A stretch of 64,000 bases of DNA from Schmidtea nova. Taxonomy: Eukaryota. This document shows positions 41,901-50,327 of the stretch, one piece after another. The notes below the pieces were generated by a model. The model was not told where the DNA came from, searched no databases, and was given only the letters and a program-made list of their open reading frames with translations. The stretch covers positions 445,036,001-445,100,000 of the forward strand of contig CM097882.1 in assembly GCA_044892505.1 (NCBI GenBank), given 5' to 3'. Every line of letters starts with the position of its first letter. Position 1 is the stretch's first letter. A program made the position numbers and the translations under genes.

Positions 41901-44396
41901 TAAGATGAAAGGTATTTTAAAATTTGGGCATCTCAAAATCGGCTTTTTAATTAGACTTTCTTTGAGCAAATCAAATGCTTCTTGCTGAGCTTTTGTCCAT
42001 TTAAATTGAGCTTGTTTCTTTAATAGCATATTCAAAGGCTGTGCCACGTTTGAAAAACTTTTAATAAATTTTCTATAATAACTAGCTAATCCAAGAAATT
42101 GTCGAACTTGATCTACATCTTTCGGAATTGGGTAATTTTTAATTTTCTCTACATTTTCTGGGTTTGGTTGTAATCCATTGCGTGAAATAATATGACCAAC
42201 ATAAACTACTTCTGATTTCCCCCATTCGCATTTCGAGGGTTTTATTTTCAAATTTGCTTCTAATAATCGTTTGAATACTGTTTCTACATCCTTTAGGTGT
42301 TCCTGAAAACTACTTGAAAATATTATTATATCATCAATATAAACTAATGCATGTGGAATGTCACGCAAGACAAAATTCATACCTCTTTGGAACGTGGCTG
42401 GCGCTCCTGTTAAGCCGAATGGTAATACATTGAATTCATACAAACCTTTGCCGTCTGAAAATGCTGTTTTTCTTCTATCTTCTTCTTTTACTTTAAACTG
42501 ATTATATCCTTTATTTAGATCAATTACTGTGAAGAATTTCACTTCTCCCATCTGATCAAACATTTCTTGTGGAACTGGAATTGGATACGTATCTTTTCTT
42601 GTAACCTGATTTAATTTTCGGTAGTCAACACAAAATCTTAAATCACCGTCTTTCTTTTTGACAACGACTATTGATGATGAGAATGGTGATGAACTATCTC
42701 GTATTATTTTAAATTCTTTCATTGCTTTGATTTGTCGATCACTTTCTTCTTGATGTATATATGGAATTCTATACGGTCTTAATTTGATAGGTGTTTCGTC
42801 GAGTAGTGGTATCTCGTGTTCTATCACTTGAGTAAGTCCCAAATCATATTCGTGCCTTGCAAACACTTTATCGTATCTTCTCAGTAACGCCATAAATTCT
42901 CGTTTTTGTACCTCAGTTAAATCGTTGCTAACAACTTGTGGTTTTTTATAGATTTTAATGTTCCTCGGTAACTTTTGATCCTTTTCTGTTCTAAACTTTG
43001 TTAACCTTCCCAACTTTGTTTTGGGTTTCATTTGAATGGCTTTTGCGCTATGATTTGCTATTCTTACTGGTACTGTTTGATCCTTGATTTTTACTATCTC
43101 ATCACACATTGGAATATCATATTTTTCTACTAGCTTCTGATTTGGCTCAAATATACATTCGTCATCTGATGCACCTGTTACATTTGCATAACATATTACT
43201 TCGCTTCTCGCTGGCAATTCCATTGCTTGATTTAGAAAGACTTCTTTGTTTGCAATTTTACTGGGCTGTTCCTTTATTAATTTCCCTGTAGTTAAATCAA
43301 GAGCAATTCCTTGTAATTGCCGCATAACATCCATCCCAACTAAACATATTACGGGACTTTTTCTTATAACTGTTACATTATGCGTTATTTCTTTATCACC
43401 GATAGTTAATTTAGCTTCTAATTTCCCAATTACATCTAAACAGTTCTGCGACATTGATTTGATCTTTTTACTCGTTGGTTTCATATTTACTCTTTCTTTA
43501 CGCGTTAACATTTTGTCTGACACTATTGTGTGACTTGAACCTGAATCCAACAAGGCTTCGACCGTTCTTTCATTAAACTGTATGTTTATCCGAGGTTGTT
43601 TGGCTTCTCTCCCCATGGTCATCAGCGCATAACTACATGGTAGACCAAGCATGTTTTTCCGTTCAATTTCCGCACTTGTTGGCTCGATATTTTCTAATTC
43701 ACATTTGATATGATTTACCGGTTTCATTTCCTTTAATCTTTCACTTGGATACATAGGTGCTGTTGGCACAAATGCTGGTGTATACCATTTTGTAAGAGTA
43801 TCAATTCCACTCAGCTTTGGTATTGGTTCAAGTAAAAATGTTGATTCTGGCTTTATTTCGCTTCCGACTCTTCCTTTTTGAAAATATTTCGGTTCATTTT
43901 TATTCTTATCATTACCGTCATTCTTGTTATTATTTCTGTCACCAAATTCACATAAGGATTCTTCGCTCTTTTGATCGCTTTTCAATTGTGCTTTCACACT
44001 TGCCATTTCTTTATATTGATGATGTGTAATAAAAAATTTTGCCAAAAATGGAATGCAACTAATGATAATTTTCCATGACCATCCTGATATTACGTATATT
44101 CTATGAGCAGATAGCACTTGAGATATGATTACCTTTAACGTTACTGCGACCACATAAATTCCAATTAAACCAGCACATGCTTGTCCTAAGAACATAAACT
44201 TTCCCCAAATCTTTTCCATCGTTTTATACGTGGCTCTTTTGAAATGATCAGGTGTTAATAAATATTCATAATTTATTTTATCCTCTCCATTTGGTAGTAT
44301 GGTGTCAATCATTTCTGAGATTATTCTCTCTTTCTTTGAAGGGAATAATAAATTTCTTTGGGCTTCTTCAATATCATCACTTGCATAAAACCCCAT
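38910..44396 (-). CDS. Env C-terminus/TM, aspartic protease, RT, RNase H, integrase, then a second type-I membrane protein (1828 aa frame)
   Basis: WGKFMFLGQACAGLIG TM; LLDSGSS; RFCVDYRKLN, LPFGLTGAP, VYIDDII; MTDASNFALGAVL; H..GGH..C..C, DIVGPLP, TDQG, GLVERFN, FKGPY; hydrophobic VLLIATVMMINVLG and CIILSTIVISATPFLIVILLSLLICF. Confidence 0.95.
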   Translation of the reverse strand: MGFYASDDIEEAQRNLLFPSKKERIISEMIDTILPNGEDKINYEYLLTPDHFKRATYKTMEKIWGKFMFLGQACAGLIGIYVVAVTLKVIISQVLSAHRIYVISGWSWKIIISCIPFLAKFFITHHQYKEMASVKAQLKSDQKSEESLCEFGDRNNNKNDGNDKNKNEPKYFQKGRVGSEIKPESTFLLEPIPKLSGIDTLTKWYTPAFVPTAPMYPSERLKEMKPVNHIKCELENIEPTSAEIERKNMLGLPCSYALMTMGREAKQPRINIQFNERTVEALLDSGSSHTIVSDKMLTRKERVNMKPTSKKIKSMSQNCLDVIGKLEAKLTIGDKEITHNVTVIRKSPVICLVGMDVMRQLQGIALDLTTGKLIKEQPSKIANKEVFLNQAMELPARSEVICYANVTGASDDECIFEPNQKLVEKYDIPMCDEIVKIKDQTVPVRIANHSAKAIQMKPKTKLGRLTKFRTEKDQKLPRNIKIYKKPQVVSNDLTEVQKREFMALLRRYDKVFARHEYDLGLTQVIEHEIPLLDETPIKLRPYRIPYIHQEESDRQIKAMKEFKIIRDSSSPFSSSIVVVKKKDGDLRFCVDYRKLNQVTRKDTYPIPVPQEMFDQMGEVKFFTVIDLNKGYNQFKVKEEDRRKTAFSDGKGLYEFNVLPFGLTGAPATFQRGMNFVLRDIPHALVYIDDIIIFSSSFQEHLKDVETVFKRLLEANLKIKPSKCEWGKSEVVYVGHIISRNGLQPNPENVEKIKNYPIPKDVDQVRQFLGLASYYRKFIKSFSNVAQPLNMLLKKQAQFKWTKAQQEAFDLLKESLIKKPILRCPNFKIPFILMTDASNFALGAVLGQKVNGEKDHVIAYASRTLKPHEKNYSTIEKETLALVYGITTFRQYLIGRKFIVFTDHNPLQWLMKHRDSASKLIRWSIALQEYDFEIKCRTGKSNANADTLSRIPEENYNNQNETNYNDTIFMAIKTANNMKELQYDQENDDELKQIRKNAVTIKKESDWKHIVKEKHKYIIHDGLLKCVKNENLLIIVPTKHRKALLLIYHDGALGGHLSARKTLSRLKLKYYWDTMEQDVRQWCQSCGVCLTRRNTGRKIKVPLKPMPVPGAPMEMTAMDIVGPLPETINGNKYIVVFCDYLTKWPEAYAMQNQKAETVAKIFVENIIFRYGAPKKLLTDQGTNFQSELFNSITELFGILKLSTSPYHPQTDGLVERFNGTLINMISSYVNRKQKDWDLFIKPCLFAYRNSVNESTGETPFYLMYLRRNNMPIDLKFQAPISQYMDVSNYKVVMQERLQSVWVQAGLKIKHQQESYKECYDKRAHAHGIEIGDLVYVNKPEPAKGLSPKLQRPFKGPYLVCDTTETNLKLRPQNNKKAGTIIIHANRCKKVPVMDDNKYQLRSKKKKSQDETISKQRDPKNSASLGYINKVLLIATVMMINVLGTNSTKIFPMYAIKRVPLLEKFDIYATCTQMVWVYHCEPRDEIKVNNLLNYFDPPIKLNFNNNMYVAHDLTMNYKYPWLITQQQYQENNTKIQHQFEIEIWTKKLNSKVSIEPIIKGINVYWEPHESQQVKIIFEKYTIDTLNLKKPYVHYVNLELHKTYNLVIHYYEKALRKNGTEIDNQWFKIYSTQQSVTLVNETNRVIFEYKNQKLNASRQAEVNKKVEIHYCGKIQAILTSNISHQILNFQRLRSISNSKFVMMKIKYYRFTSHSKQWQITLVENKLVRVSYNITDSDDSKNNYVYKNMTKKLQTTIIPSHIYDVTILKNLSSSSNDNAKTCIILSTIVISATPFLIVILLSLLICFQKMNNHAVRQSRTPRPWIVYEETFV

Positions 44397-45460
44397 TTGG
44401 GCAATTTTTTTAATGATGTAAAATTTACCAAGTATTCTAGAGTGATCAATTCTAATTTATCCGGCGTTTTTACTCCTCGGTAATCTGGTAACGCAATCCA
44501 ATGATCTGGTGCTAATCGGTATAACGGAGCAAGTAATCTATTGCATTGAAGAACCTTTGGTTTAACGTGCTCCTCCAATAGTATCCTAGTTATTGGTTCC
44601 ATAAACCGCATTTTTCCGTTCATGCTCACTGGTAATTCGTTTGTGCACTTTTCATATTTCATTATTTTTACTGTTACCTCTTTACATCTGTAGCTATACA
44701 AAGCTTCTCCAAATATCCTAGCAAATACTCCATTTTCTGATATCAACATAGGCGCAACTAAATTTGGGTTTGTAATTACCATTGCCATTCGATTTCGAAG
44801 TATCTCTTTATTTAATTTACAATCATTAAGGATCATTTCTCGATATATATTCTCCATGATGTTCTGGCTAAAATGAAACAAAAAATCAATTTTATTATTA
44901 AAATAGTGAGTTAATTTAATCTCTGTCGAATGTATTCTCGTTTTAGCTTCGTGCACCATCATTTTGGATACATAAACGCCTTTATAATTTGTTGCATATA
45001 CCATTTGACCGCATTTACTGGTGATATCCTTTTTTATGAAGCGCATGCTATCCGTTGGCATGGTCGACATCAAAACCGTTGCCGTTTTCTTCATCCATAT
45101 CGGCGTTGATCTAATTGTTATATTTGGGGCATAATTATTATTAAAATTGTCTGGTCGTTCTCGAAACTGTTCTCCACTCAATTCTTTGAAATTCATAGTT
45201 TTTAAGTGCGCTAAATTACATTCCTGGGTTTTGACATTATACACAAGAATGGACTCTCCTGTTTGGCAATTGGTTTGTTTCATGTTACAAAACGGATGTG
45301 TCTGTAATTTCCCCGTATCATCATCAAAAGCTCCTTCAAATTCTCTCAATTCCGTTAAATATTCCTCTATTACTACAGACTGTTTGATTATCTTCCCATC
45401 TACTTTGTATGGTTCTCCTTCACAATCTCCATCTTGTTTCATTACTCCTTTTACGACCAC
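44321..45460 (-). CDS. Middle part of a chuvirus-like glycoprotein ectodomain; in frame with the upstream ORF after a single TAA
   Basis: Cys-rich pattern GDCEGEPY, FCNMKQTNC, CGQMVYATNY, LNDCKLNKEILRN.L, GEALYSYRCKEV, CTNELPV, RFMEPITRIL, CNRLLAP.Y..DHW. Confidence 0.8.
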   Translation of the reverse strand: MVVKGVMKQDGDCEGEPYKVDGKIIKQSVVIEEYLTELREFEGAFDDDTGKLQTHPFCNMKQTNCQTGESILVYNVKTQECNLAHLKTMNFKELSGEQFRERPDNFNNNYAPNITIRSTPIWMKKTATVLMSTMPTDSMRFIKKDITSKCGQMVYATNYKGVYVSKMMVHEAKTRIHSTEIKLTHYFNNKIDFLFHFSQNIMENIYREMILNDCKLNKEILRNRMAMVITNPNLVAPMLISENGVFARIFGEALYSYRCKEVTVKIMKYEKCTNELPVSMNGKMRFMEPITRILLEEHVKPKVLQCNRLLAPLYRLAPDHWIALPDYRGVKTPDKLELITLEYLVNFTSLKKLPKWGFMQVMILKKPKEIYYSLQRKRE

Positions 45461-45463
45461 TGT

Positions 45464-48400
45464 TTATCTAATTCTATGATTTCGCTTTGCTTTTAATTTA
45501 ATTTCCGAATTTATTTTTAATTCTCCTGTTTGAAAAGCAGCGAGGCAATTTTCCGGCATTACTTCCACTGGCCGTGGGATTGTATACATTTTTATCATTG
45601 AAGTATGGCTCCACTTGCCACAGTAAAATATAAAGGAAGTGCGCTTAACTATACATTCTCTTACTGTTGTTCGTCGTAAGTCAGATTCTTGATATACATG
45701 ATATTTCACATCATTTTCTATCTTTAATTTTCTTGGATATGCGTCTGAACACTCTGCCATATCTACAACTGAATAAATTTTCCCCATTTCTGTTTTTGAA
45801 CAGTCATACGCTGTCATACTCGTTACCTGTGTGATTCCAGCACATAAAATAATTATCATAAAGATTGCCCAAGGAAACATTATTGTCTTCCTCTTTTCTG
45901 GACTAACTCTGACATTTAGCGATTTTTGAGGTAAACTTTCTTTATTACTTTCGTTTTCATTTATTATAAACATTTTCATCAACTTGTCCCAACCTCCAAT
46001 CTTTTTAACCCAGCTCATTAAGTATTCGTTTATATTTCGAGCAGCAGTATCTATTAAATTTTCTAACTCATCTGATTTCATGATCTTATGAGCACCAATT
46101 TCCAAAATTACATAAGCTAAGCTCATTAATGTTACTTCTGTAGTAATTCCATTTCTAGTTAATTTCTCGATTACATCTTTGTCACAAAATCTTTCATTTT
46201 TACCAAACCTTTGCATGATGCTAGGGAGTCTGTTTCTCACTTCATTTACTATGCCTCCCAATTCATATTTTTCATCTACCTCCATTTCACACATTGGGTA
46301 TACTGCTTTAGTCAAGCCTTTTAATAATGCTTTGGTTTTATCTACTTCCTGTTCCAATCGCACAAGACCTTTCTTTATTTCATATAAAGTTCTCGGCTTC
46401 TTAGTATTAATTTCATTATTCATTTCGCCTTTAAGCTCCGCCAATTCTTGCACTTTTGTTAATTTATACTCATTTTTGTTATTCTTTTTGGTTTCCTCAT
46501 CATCCTTTATTACTTCGTTTATTTCTTTGATTTCTTTAACCTCATTTTCATCATCATTTTCTCTGTCTGTATTTGATCCATCAGATTTGTCTATTAATTC
46601 AAATTTCTGTTCCTTAATCACTGTTACACAATTTATCAAATATCCATTTCCACTATCGGAACGTAAATATCCATTTTCATCTAACTCTTGTGGCACAAAT
46701 CCACAATCAAATAAATATTCATCATCATCTAATTCTTCTCCTTTAAACATAAATATAATAATTCCATCTTTTCCTATTCTTTCAGCAGCTCTTTTTCTTA
46801 ATTTCCGAACTTTTGTGCACCAATGCTCTACTATATATTCAGTTTTACCATAATCTTCGTAATCTAATGCTATTGTAAACGGATTCAATTCTATTGTAGT
46901 TTTTCTAAGTTTTTTGCCTAATTGTCGTACTAAATTTCTTAAATTTTCTCTATATTTTGATTTTTCATACATGTATGGCCTTATTGTATCTATAATATCT
47001 AATTTACTATCTCTCTCAATTTCAATTTCTTCTATCAATCTTAATTTTCTAATAATTTCATTTGCATCCCCTTTACACAAAATATCCTTTAATTCCCTAC
47101 AAATTTTCTGTGATTCATCTTTTATTATTTCATTGTTTCTATTCATAAATACTATCTGTACTCTGTTTTTATTCTCAGGTGTAATACCACAATCTATTAA
47201 TATTTCCTCGTCATTTAAACATCTATTTTTAAATTTTACTTCCTTTATCCATTTTCCACTATTTTCCTCTAATCTCTTTTTAAATTCCTTTACGCACTCT
47301 CCTATTTCACAACGAATACACATCACATCATTATTACTTTCATCAACAACATCAATAACAATAAAATCTAACCATGTTTTCTCTCTGAACAATTTTCCAA
47401 ATATTTTCATTATTTTCTCAGTTTCAGTTTTATCTTTTGAATTCTCATTATTATAATCAGCACACATTTCAATTACAGTTTTTAATTTTTGTATACTCAT
47501 CGGCATTTGACTCAATTTCTTTAGCATTGTCATTATTTTTGACGTCTCTTTTACTTTTGCCTCCATTAAAACTTTTGTTCTCGACAAAATCATTTTTATT
47601 TTTTCTGTTTCTAATTCATCATTTACTACTTCCTTCATTATATCTGTCTCTGACCCTTCTGATTGCGATTCATACATCATATGATTATCAGCTTCTTCGT
47701 CTGATTCAAATTTACACATTAATTGATCCAATCGTTTACCCATTTGCTTTATCTCTTTTTCAATTCTTTCGTTAGCATCATCGGGTTGTACAAAAGCCAC
47801 ATTATCAAATTTTGATTTATCATTTTGAAATCTGATTTTCTTTAATATAGGTCTTTGAAATTTTCCATTATTCTTTGGGCATGATCTAGCCATGTGTCCA
47901 TATCCTCTGCATGAGTGACATTGAATTTGTCCTTGGAGATTCACTCTATCTCTCTGTGGTGATGGTGATGTTGACGGAGATCTCGATCTTGCAAAGCAAT
48001 TTCGTGAAGAATGGCCTTTCCTTCCACAATTATAACACTGCATATTATCACTAGCTCTTTGATCATTGTTGCCCCTTCTCTTGAAGGTTTTCTCGACATT
48101 GTCTTTCAACCAATCTGGCCACATCTTTCTTGGACTCCGTTGCGAATTATTTTTAAACCAACATTGACTATTACTGTGCCCTTTTCGTTGGCAATTATCA
48201 CACTGAACAGGACTTGGGCTTCTTCGAGCGCTGTTTTTAAACCAACATTGATTTACTTGATGTCCCAATCTTTTACAATAACTACATTGAATTGGCCTTT
48301 CTCTCTCTTCATTTGGGCTGTTTGACGACTTTCTTGGCTCGAATTTCACTCTGAACTTTGGTGATGGACTAGTTGATTTTTGCAAAAGAGTCTCTCTAAC

Positions 48401-49066
48401 TGGAGTTACCGATTCATCTCTCGTTTCATTTACAATTGCAAAGGATTCTGTTGTCTGTTGTGTGGTTTTGAGATTCAATTCAATCTTCATGGCCTTTTTA
48501 ATCAATTCATCGAAATTGTTGAAATCTACATAACACAGTGCTTTTTTGATCTCTCTTTTTACTCCTGACAGAAATTGATCTTGTAGTAATTCTTTCACTT
48601 GTTTCGTCACATCCGGTTGTTCTGGTTTCGCTTCAAAGGCTTTTTCTGCAAGAGTTGTTAAATGATAAGCGAACTCACTTACCGATTCATTTGACTTTTG
48701 TACTCGGTTGTAAAATTTTTGGCGCATTATTCTTTTGATATCGCCACCGATTAACTTGGCTGCCAATGCATCTTTTAGCTTTGTCCAATCATTTGCGATA
48801 AGTCTTTTGTCGATCTGTTGCCAAGCTTCTCGTGCTGCACCTTTCAAATATAATGGCAACCTTTGTACCATAATTGATTGGCTCCATCCGTATGCTGTCG
48901 CGTACATATAGTAATCTGCCATGAAATCAACAAAATCAATTGGGTCTCCTCCGTATTGCTCTACTGGCAATTTCTGACAACTTGCAAAATCACTACCATT
49001 GTTTGTGGGAGTAGTAGACATGGGTATTTGATCATTATTATTTGAATTACTAGCCATATTTTCCAC
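45464..49066 (-). CDS. Gag (capsid-like region plus 4 CCHC knuckles), 2 ubiquitin-like domains, Bcl-2-like domain, TM/signal peptide and Env N-terminus (1200 aa)
   Basis: YGGDP..F...Y...A..YGW..LPLYLKGAAREAW (retrotransposon gag); four Cx2Cx4Hx4C; FKNRCLNDEEILIDCGI and FKGEELDDDEYLFDCGF; LMSWVKKIGGWDKLMKMF; PWAIFMIIILCAGITQVTS-MTAYDC. Confidence 0.92.
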   Translation of the reverse strand: MENMASNSNNNDQIPMSTTPTNNGSDFASCQKLPVEQYGGDPIDFVDFMADYYMYATAYGWSQSIMVQRLPLYLKGAAREAWQQIDKRLIANDWTKLKDALAAKLIGGDIKRIMRQKFYNRVQKSNESVSEFAYHLTTLAEKAFEAKPEQPDVTKQVKELLQDQFLSGVKREIKKALCYVDFNNFDELIKKAMKIELNLKTTQQTTESFAIVNETRDESVTPVRETLLQKSTSPSPKFRVKFEPRKSSNSPNEERERPIQCSYCKRLGHQVNQCWFKNSARRSPSPVQCDNCQRKGHSNSQCWFKNNSQRSPRKMWPDWLKDNVEKTFKRRGNNDQRASDNMQCYNCGRKGHSSRNCFARSRSPSTSPSPQRDRVNLQGQIQCHSCRGYGHMARSCPKNNGKFQRPILKKIRFQNDKSKFDNVAFVQPDDANERIEKEIKQMGKRLDQLMCKFESDEEADNHMMYESQSEGSETDIMKEVVNDELETEKIKMILSRTKVLMEAKVKETSKIMTMLKKLSQMPMSIQKLKTVIEMCADYNNENSKDKTETEKIMKIFGKLFREKTWLDFIVIDVVDESNNDVMCIRCEIGECVKEFKKRLEENSGKWIKEVKFKNRCLNDEEILIDCGITPENKNRVQIVFMNRNNEIIKDESQKICRELKDILCKGDANEIIRKLRLIEEIEIERDSKLDIIDTIRPYMYEKSKYRENLRNLVRQLGKKLRKTTIELNPFTIALDYEDYGKTEYIVEHWCTKVRKLRKRAAERIGKDGIIIFMFKGEELDDDEYLFDCGFVPQELDENGYLRSDSGNGYLINCVTVIKEQKFELIDKSDGSNTDRENDDENEVKEIKEINEVIKDDEETKKNNKNEYKLTKVQELAELKGEMNNEINTKKPRTLYEIKKGLVRLEQEVDKTKALLKGLTKAVYPMCEMEVDEKYELGGIVNEVRNRLPSIMQRFGKNERFCDKDVIEKLTRNGITTEVTLMSLAYVILEIGAHKIMKSDELENLIDTAARNINEYLMSWVKKIGGWDKLMKMFIINENESNKESLPQKSLNVRVSPEKRKTIMFPWAIFMIIILCAGITQVTSMTAYDCSKTEMGKIYSVVDMAECSDAYPRKLKIENDVKYHVYQESDLRRTTVRECIVKRTSFIFYCGKWSHTSMIKMYTIPRPVEVMPENCLAAFQTGELKINSEIKLKAKRNHRIR

Positions 49067-49542
49067 TTGTTTCTTATTTCGAAGATTATAAGATTTCTTT
49101 TGTACAACTTTTTCTCGTCTAAATTTTAAAATATTACAATTTTTAATTTTACCTTTTGTTTTAATTTTGACTTGATTTTTGGCAATTGGATTTTATCGAT
49201 TCTTTCTTTTCTGTTCAAGCTTTTTACTCTTTTATTTCAACTGATACAATTTATTTTCACTCTTTTTTTTTTTCAACAATTAATCTCGTTTTGTTTAGTT
49301 TTCTAACTTTAATTTCTCTTTTTACAATTATTCGATTTTACTTTTCAACAATTTTCTCTCTGATTTTATTCAATTATGTCGATTAATATCGTTTTCTTTA
49401 TTTATCAAATTCAATTTTCTATAGCAATTTATCTCTCCTTTTCTGTGATTCACTCCTTCACCGACCTTTAGATCACGTCGGTTATTATCGTAACAATTTT
49501 TCAACTATTCAATATTTTCACTATGCTCTCACCGACCCTCGA

Positions 49543-49560
49543 ATCACGTCGGGCTCACCA
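49543..49560 (-). promoter_or_regulatory. Primer-binding site, tRNA-Trp type
   Basis: The minus strand reads TGGTGAGCCCGACGTGAT, 3 nt inside the 5' LTR. It differs by one base from the avian retrovirus tRNA-Trp PBS TGGTGACCCCGACGTGAT. Confidence 0.85.
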
Positions 49561-49563
49561 AAA

Positions 49564-50327
49564 TGTTGGGTTATTATTCTGTAAGATCGGTTTACTGACC
49601 TGACTCCTCGTGCTCTTTAATTTTCGAAATCAATGAACCCAACACAGAACAATCTTTTTATTCGCGATCAACACAAATTACAGTTTTAGTTACACACACG
49701 TTTGATTAATTTACGCTTTCTTTCGATTCGGATTTGACTCTTTAATTCACAGGATGCTTTCTTACTTTGTCTGTTTAATCGTTTCAGGATCCTTTTCTAT
49801 TCGCTTTCACAGTCTTTTTAATAATCTCTCTTTTGACTGTCCACTCGTCGGCCCCGTCCTCTGTTTTGCGCTGCCTTTTATAGTTCTCGCAAATAGCAAT
49901 TAGGTTTTATCGATACCTAAAAGTTAATCAATTTCGGGTTTAATTGTCTTGCTGACAATTAATTTTGATTACCCTCGAATTGATTTTCCCTAATTGCCCC
50001 GACTTTGATCTCTCGGGTCTTTTGGCGCTCGGGCTTTCTTCATCGCTCGGGTTTCCCATTGCCTCGGGCTTCCCATTGTCTCGGGTTTCCCATTGAGCGA
50101 TTAATTAATTTTAATTATTTTGTTTTTATTAAATAACTTTCTCTGGGGACCCCTTATTAAATTTCTATTATTATTTTTGGGTTCGTCTTTTGATTTGGTA
50201 TTCAACCATACCCATTTCCCCCAGTGAATATTAATTTTACATTTTTGATAAATTTTAATTAATTTTTGCATTTTAATTTATTTCGATATTTCTTGTTACT
50301 TTTGTGATTTTTATACTAACCCCAACA
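49564..50327 (-). repeat. 5' LTR (764 bp) with TATA (TATAAAAG, 49875-49882), AATAAA (49657-49662) and ~18-bp U3 repeats (~50010-50095)
   Basis: Matches 33800-34563; motifs read on the minus strand. Confidence 0.97.

Larger units (their letters stand above)
33800..50327 (-). mobile_element. Full-length 16.5-kb Ty3/gypsy-type LTR retrotransposon / endogenous virus with env and accessory cargo
   Basis: Two 764-bp TG...CA LTRs, ATAT TSD (33796-33799, 50328-50331), PBS and PPT, and PR-RT-RH-IN order. Confidence 0.97.

Noticed and set aside
43109-48568. Plus-strand ORFs antisense to the LTR polyprotein (e.g. 46179-46853, 46914-47456), and similar shadows of KIF4, KDM5 and the non-LTR ORF
   Set aside because: Expected shadow frames of A-rich coding strands; F/S/L/I-rich with no motifs.
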